This document shows, one piece after another, positions 6,700-10,488 of a stretch of 10,488 nt of DNA (its first letter is position 1; each line of letters starts with the position of its first letter). The translations under genes were made by a program, and so were the position numbers. Location of the stretch: contig CAXHAT010000242.1 in the NCBI GenBank assembly GCA_964014485.1, positions 1-10,488 on the forward strand. The letters run 5' to 3'. The notes under the pieces were generated by a model. It was not told the origin of the DNA. It saw nothing but the letters and a program-made list of their open reading frames with translations, and did no database searches. The DNA comes from an uncultured Deferribacteres bacterium (GTDB lineage Bacteria > Zhuqueibacterota > Zhuqueibacteria > Zhuqueibacterales > Geothermadaptataceae).

Positions 6700-8085
6700 G
6701 TGCGAGATCCGAGATTGCCGTTTTTGGAAGAAGCGATTGACGCGGAAAAAGTTGCGGCAAAGTTTGCCGCTTCATTTCGCGAAACGCTGACTGAAAACGG
6801 TTTGAAAGTTAAAAAATGTGTTGTTGAGCGCGTCCAGCACAAGAAAGGCAAACGCTGCCGAATTTTGTACACGCTCTTTTTCCAAAATGAAAACGGCGAA
6901 GAAACGCGCCACTGGTTTCACGGCAAAATGGTGAAGCAAGGGCGCGGCGCCCAACATTTTGAAGCCGCCCTGCAAAAGCTTGGCGTTGTTGACGGCCTTT
7001 GGCCGGCGGTGAGTTTGTGGGAAGAATGGGACTTTGTGCTCTGGGCTTTCCCCTACGATCCGGATATGCCGGGCTTGAATATCCCCGCAATCCCGACGAC
7101 TGTCAAAAGCATCATTAGCGAAAATACCGCAAAATTTGATTTTGACGAGAATTGCGTTCCTGAAGACGTCAAAATCGACCAGGTCAAGTACATGCCCGCA
7201 AAACGTTGCGTATTGCGCTACAACGTGGTTTTTCGGAAAGGCGACGCTGCGCAAGACCTGACTTTCTACGGCAAAGTCTACCCCGACGGGACAAGCCGCT
7301 ACCACTACGAAGTGCTGAAAACGGTGTATCGTTCCGCCGGAAATATTTTGAATGTTCCCGCTCCAATTTTGCATTTGGACGATGCGAACACGATCTGGCA
7401 GCACGCCTGGCCAGGAGAGCCGCTGATTGACAAAATAAACGAGATTTCACACGACGAGATTTTTCCGCGACTTGGCGAAATAGCGGCTAAGTATCACAGA
7501 ACAAAATGCGCTGGTTTGCCGAAGCATTTCAACTTCAAAACGGTCATGTTCGCCGCGAAGGAAGACGCCAAGATGCTTGGCTGGATGGCCCCGCATTTTA
7601 AGCAACGACTTGATCAAATTTACGAAACGCTTGCGTCGCTGCAAGAGCGCGTCGCAATGCAAAAAATCCCCGCCTCGCCAATACACGGCGCGATGCGGAT
7701 CGAGCAGTTTGTAACACGCGACAATGAGTTCGCGCTGCTCGATCTCGACGCCGCTTCAATCGGGGACCCGCTGTTTGACGTCGTAGAGTTTATAACCTCG
7801 TTACAATATCTCGAATTCTTACGCGGCATGGAACGCGAAGCCTTGGCTTGCGCCGAGAACCTGTTTCTGGAAAGCTACAAAAAACATGCGCTCTGGGAAC
7901 TGGATGATTTGCGGATTGCCTGGTATGCTTGCGCCTTTTTTATGACCAAAATCTACGATACGGTCAAAAATCTGGAGCAAAATTCTCTGCCGAATTTGGA
8001 CAAAGCGTTTGACGTTCTGGAGCAATGGCATGTTAAGCTTTTGCACGAAAGAGCGGCTTTAGCGCCGGAAAGCATGGTCGCCTAA
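6700..8085 (+). CDS. APH/choline kinase-like phosphotransferase family protein, paralog 3 (predicted pseudokinase, HGA motif)
   Basis: 461 aa with GTG start and GGA upstream. YGKVY Lys; PIHGAMRIEQFV...LLDLDAASIGDPLFDVVEF; WAFPYDP and KYMPAKRC shared motifs. Confidence 0.85.
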   Translation: MRDPRLPFLEEAIDAEKVAAKFAASFRETLTENGLKVKKCVVERVQHKKGKRCRILYTLFFQNENGEETRHWFHGKMVKQGRGAQHFEAALQKLGVVDGLWPAVSLWEEWDFVLWAFPYDPDMPGLNIPAIPTTVKSIISENTAKFDFDENCVPEDVKIDQVKYMPAKRCVLRYNVVFRKGDAAQDLTFYGKVYPDGTSRYHYEVLKTVYRSAGNILNVPAPILHLDDANTIWQHAWPGEPLIDKINEISHDEIFPRLGEIAAKYHRTKCAGLPKHFNFKTVMFAAKEDAKMLGWMAPHFKQRLDQIYETLASLQERVAMQKIPASPIHGAMRIEQFVTRDNEFALLDLDAASIGDPLFDVVEFITSLQYLEFLRGMEREALACAENLFLESYKKHALWELDDLRIAWYACAFFMTKIYDTVKNLEQNSLPNLDKAFDVLEQWHVKLLHERAALAPESMVA

Positions 8086-8131
8086 ACCGGCCTGTTCCGT
8101 TAAGATTTAAGCATTTTTTGAAGGAATTGGT

Positions 8132-8644
8132 TTGAAAGACAAAACAAAAGACGGCAAGAAAAAAGAGCGCGCGCTGGAAAAGTTTCCAATGATAAGATCA
8201 TTCCTGGAATACAGCAATTCGCTCAAAGATAAAACCGGAGTCGTTACGCCTGTTCAGCGTGAGATGATTTACACGGTCGTTTCGCGCCAAAACGGATGCG
8301 TTTTTTGCACCATCGGCCACGGGCGAAAACTCTTCGAATTAACGGGAGACAAAAAACTTTACGAAGACGTGGTCAAGGACTTTCGGCAAGCGGAAATTGA
8401 CCCTGGCGACATGTTAATGCTCGAATACGCGACAAGATTGAACCGGAAACCGGAAACGCTCAAGCGTGAACAACTGGCGCCCTTGCACGAAGCGGGTTTC
8501 TCCCAAGAAGCGATTCTGGAAATCATCACCCACGCGGCGGTGATGTCCGCTCAAAATCGGATTCGAACCGGCCTCGGTTACCAAATTTCTCCGGGAATGC
8601 AAAGGGAAGCAGAACGTTTGGGCTTATCTGAGAGCTCGATCTGA
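8132..8644 (+). CDS. AhpD/carboxymuconolactone decarboxylase family, peroxidase-related protein, paralog 1
   Basis: 170 aa with TTG start and AAGGA RBS at 8121-8125. QREMIYTVVSRQNGCVFCTIGH is the AhpD core E-x..CxxC-x3-H (Cys codons at 8297 and 8306). C-terminal L.EAGFS.E.I.EI......NR...LG is typical of the family. Confidence 0.88.
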   Translation: MKDKTKDGKKKERALEKFPMIRSFLEYSNSLKDKTGVVTPVQREMIYTVVSRQNGCVFCTIGHGRKLFELTGDKKLYEDVVKDFRQAEIDPGDMLMLEYATRLNRKPETLKREQLAPLHEAGFSQEAILEIITHAAVMSAQNRIRTGLGYQISPGMQREAERLGLSESSI

Positions 8645-8702
8645 GCAAAAATAGCCAAATTCGATGTTGGTAAAACAGTGTAGCACGATTGTGGTGATGG
8701 GA

Positions 8703-9215
8703 ATGAACACGAAGACGAAACGTAAGAAGGGACCGCTTGAAAAATATCCGGCGATTCGTGCATTTATGAAGTACAGCAACTCGATCAAATGGGAGCTTGA
8801 CGATTTGCCCCAGCTTCAGCGAGAAATGATTTATACGATCGTTTCCAAGCAAAACGGTTGTTTGTATTGCACAATTGGTCATGGCCGAAAGATTTTCGAG
8901 TTATCCGGCGACAAAAAATTATACGAGGACATTGTTAGAGATTTCCGCCAAGCCGAACTCGAAGATAGCGACAGGGCGATGCTTGAATTTGTAACCCTTT
9001 TAAATGAAAACCCTCAAGAGATCAACGTTGGGAAGCTCTTGGCGCTCAAGGAATGGGGGTTTTCAGAAGAAGCTGTGATCGAAATTTTGACCCATAGTTC
9101 AGTAATGACTGCACAGAACAGATTTCGGATGGGTCTCGGATTTGAGCTCACGCCCGGAATGCGCCGGGAAGCTTCGCGCTTGGGCCTTTGTACAAATTCC
9201 GGAACGCACGAATGA
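8703..9215 (+). CDS. AhpD/carboxymuconolactone decarboxylase family, peroxidase-related protein, paralog 2
   Basis: QREMIYTIVSKQNGCLYCTIGH motif. ATG 8703 chosen over 8664 and 8697 because GGTGA lies 5 nt upstream and it gives 170 aa, the same length as paralog 1. By hand count about 60% identical to paralog 1 (91/151, ungapped). Confidence 0.88.
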   Translation: MNTKTKRKKGPLEKYPAIRAFMKYSNSIKWELDDLPQLQREMIYTIVSKQNGCLYCTIGHGRKIFELSGDKKLYEDIVRDFRQAELEDSDRAMLEFVTLLNENPQEINVGKLLALKEWGFSEEAVIEILTHSSVMTAQNRFRMGLGFELTPGMRREASRLGLCTNSGTHE

Positions 9216-10327
9216 AAATCGCCTTTATTCGCACAAAAGTGCAAAGCACGGTTTTTCTCGACGAACCGAACGGCAGGCCAAGCGGCGAAGCGTTGGACGC
9301 AGCGACTTTGGAGAAGATGAAAATTACCGCAAAAGCGGGAAGCAGCTCCAAAAACGTCATGTTCGGGCTGGAAAAATACGGTCTGGTAGAATGCTTTGAA
9401 GAGTGGAAGTTTTGGGCGGGAGAATTTACGGAAACGCAATCGCCGGACGGTTTTCCGGTAAAAATTTTCCCTACAGACGCAGCGATGCGGTCGGAGTATC
9501 TCAAAAAGTACATTGCTGAAAACGGCCAGCCGGATATTCTTTGGATCGAAGGCCAGTCCTATCCGCCGTACATCGACCAGATTTTTTCTCTCTGCCCGGA
9601 AAGCTTCAAGATGCTCTATTCAAAAGACTGGGAGCCTTGGAAGGTTGAGCAGGTCGGATTGTACGATCTTGTGATGGTGGATGAGGAAATTCAAGCGCAA
9701 CGCATTCAGAAAAAGCACCCGAATGTTTATTGCGGCTTGTGGAATAAGTTTATCGACCACGAGAGCACCCATTTCCCGCTCGACGTTGAAAAAAAATACG
9801 ACGTCTGCTACGTTGCTTATCTGCGCGTAAGAAAGAATCATGAATTGCTTTTGAAAGCGGCGGCGAAACTGCCGGATCGCAATCTCAATATTGTCTGCCT
9901 CGGAGAAGATCGGAAAAACTACCGCGCCAAGCTCGAGAAAATGGTGGATGATCTAGGTCTTGACGTCACGTTTGTCGGCGAAGTCGGCAAGGGAGAGGTC
10001 AACCAATACATCAATCAATCGCGCATGGGCGTCATGACTTCGGTTTTGGATGCGGTGCCGCGTGCGACGCTCGAATACATGGCGGCGGATGTTCCGGTTT
10101 TGGTAAATGCGCACTTGCGCGCCGGTACGCGTTATGTCGGTGAGCAAGGCGGTCTCGTTAAAGCGCCGGAAGAATTTCACCGCGGCATTGAAGAGATTCT
10201 GGACAATCCCGAACGCTTTTCCCCGCGCGCGTTTTTTATGGAAAATTTCTCATTCGAAAAAAACATGGCCGTCGTGATCGATATTTTTAAGAAAGCGGGA
10301 CTGCCGCTCTTGGTGAATGGTAATTAG
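9212..10327 (+). CDS. Glycosyltransferase family 4 (GT-B, group 1) protein
   Basis: ATG 9212 overlaps the upstream stop (ATGA). MKIAFI N-terminal strand. C-terminal domain YVAYLRVRKNHELLL...FVGEV...SVLDAVPRATLEYMAADVPVLV matches the GT4 signature S..E.FP...LEAMA.G.PVV. 371 aa. Confidence 0.9.
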   Translation: MKIAFIRTKVQSTVFLDEPNGRPSGEALDAATLEKMKITAKAGSSSKNVMFGLEKYGLVECFEEWKFWAGEFTETQSPDGFPVKIFPTDAAMRSEYLKKYIAENGQPDILWIEGQSYPPYIDQIFSLCPESFKMLYSKDWEPWKVEQVGLYDLVMVDEEIQAQRIQKKHPNVYCGLWNKFIDHESTHFPLDVEKKYDVCYVAYLRVRKNHELLLKAAAKLPDRNLNIVCLGEDRKNYRAKLEKMVDDLGLDVTFVGEVGKGEVNQYINQSRMGVMTSVLDAVPRATLEYMAADVPVLVNAHLRAGTRYVGEQGGLVKAPEEFHRGIEEILDNPERFSPRAFFMENFSFEKNMAVVIDIFKKAGLPLLVNGN

Positions 10328-10373
10328 TAAGCAGTAAGCAGTAAGCAGTAAGCAGTAAACTGTGACCTGAAAC
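10326..10373. repeat. Heptamer array (AGTAAGC)x4, AGTAAAC, TGTGACC, TGAAAC; reverse-oriented arm of the downstream array family
   Basis: Read directly. Reverse complements GCTTACT, GTTTACT and GGTCACA fit, or differ by one base from, the GYTYACW consensus shared with GTTTACA and GCTCACA. Confidence 0.9.
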
Positions 10374-10440
10374 AAAGAGTCTCCTTACAGTTTACAGTTT
10401 ACAGTTTACAGTTTACAGTTTACAGTTTACAGTTTACAGC
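10326..10440 (+). terminator. Long imperfect stem-loop formed by the inverted heptamer arrays; possible terminator or mRNA 3' stabiliser
   Basis: AGUAAGC pairs with GUUUACA at 6/7 positions (one G.U). GTAAACTGTGA (10355-10365) pairs fully with TTACAGTTTAC using one wobble. It starts at the GT4 stop codon. There is no classic U-tract. Confidence 0.4.
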
Positions 10441-10488
10441 TCACAGCTCACAGCTCACAGCTCACAGCTCACAGCTCACAGCTCACAG
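10385..10488. repeat. Compound heptamer tandem repeat (TTACAGT)x7, TTACAGC, (TCACAGC)x6 plus TCACAG, truncated at the window edge
   Basis: Read directly from the sequence. Confidence 0.99.

Noticed and set aside
6649..6702. Readthrough fusion of the AsnB-like gene and paralog 3 (same frame, only one TAA between them)
   Set aside because: Likely by chance over 16 codons. Both proteins are full length, paralog 3 starts where its paralogs do, and TAA is used as a normal stop elsewhere in the window.
1986..8085. Aminoglycoside resistance genes (aph) or decayed pseudogenes
   Set aside because: The proteins are much longer than resistance APHs and lack the catalytic Asp. The reading frames are intact, of near-equal length, and share conserved motifs.
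8297..8870. Selenocysteine recoding in the AhpD-like proteins
   Set aside because: Both CxxC motifs use ordinary TGC/TGT codons with no in-frame TGA.
1..10488. Autonomous plasmid, phage or transposon
   Set aside because: No replication, integrase, transposase, relaxase or structural genes.

Overview
10.5-kb bacterial window with eight genes, all on the + strand. The PVELxSF/NYPNPF C-terminal sorting architecture of gene 1 suggests an FCB-group organism such as KSB1, Calditrichota or Ignavibacteria (inference). Gene 1 encodes a secreted SGNH-like protein with a T9SS/FlgD-type C-terminus. It is followed by a tight seven-gene cluster: three paralogous APH/choline-kinase-fold proteins, an AsnB-like ATP pyrophosphatase/amide ligase, two tandem AhpD/CMD CxxC proteins and a GT4 glycosyltransferase. 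All three kinase-fold proteins lack the catalytic HxD aspartate (HMS, HGA, HGA) and carry a roughly 117-aa internal duplication. The AsnB-like protein lacks its glutaminase Cys. This looks like an uncharacterised modification or biosynthetic system built from non-canonical enzymes. Both window ends are the same TCACAGC heptamer array (first 48 nt = last 48 nt), and the 3' array is one arm of a long inverted heptamer hairpin directly after the last gene.
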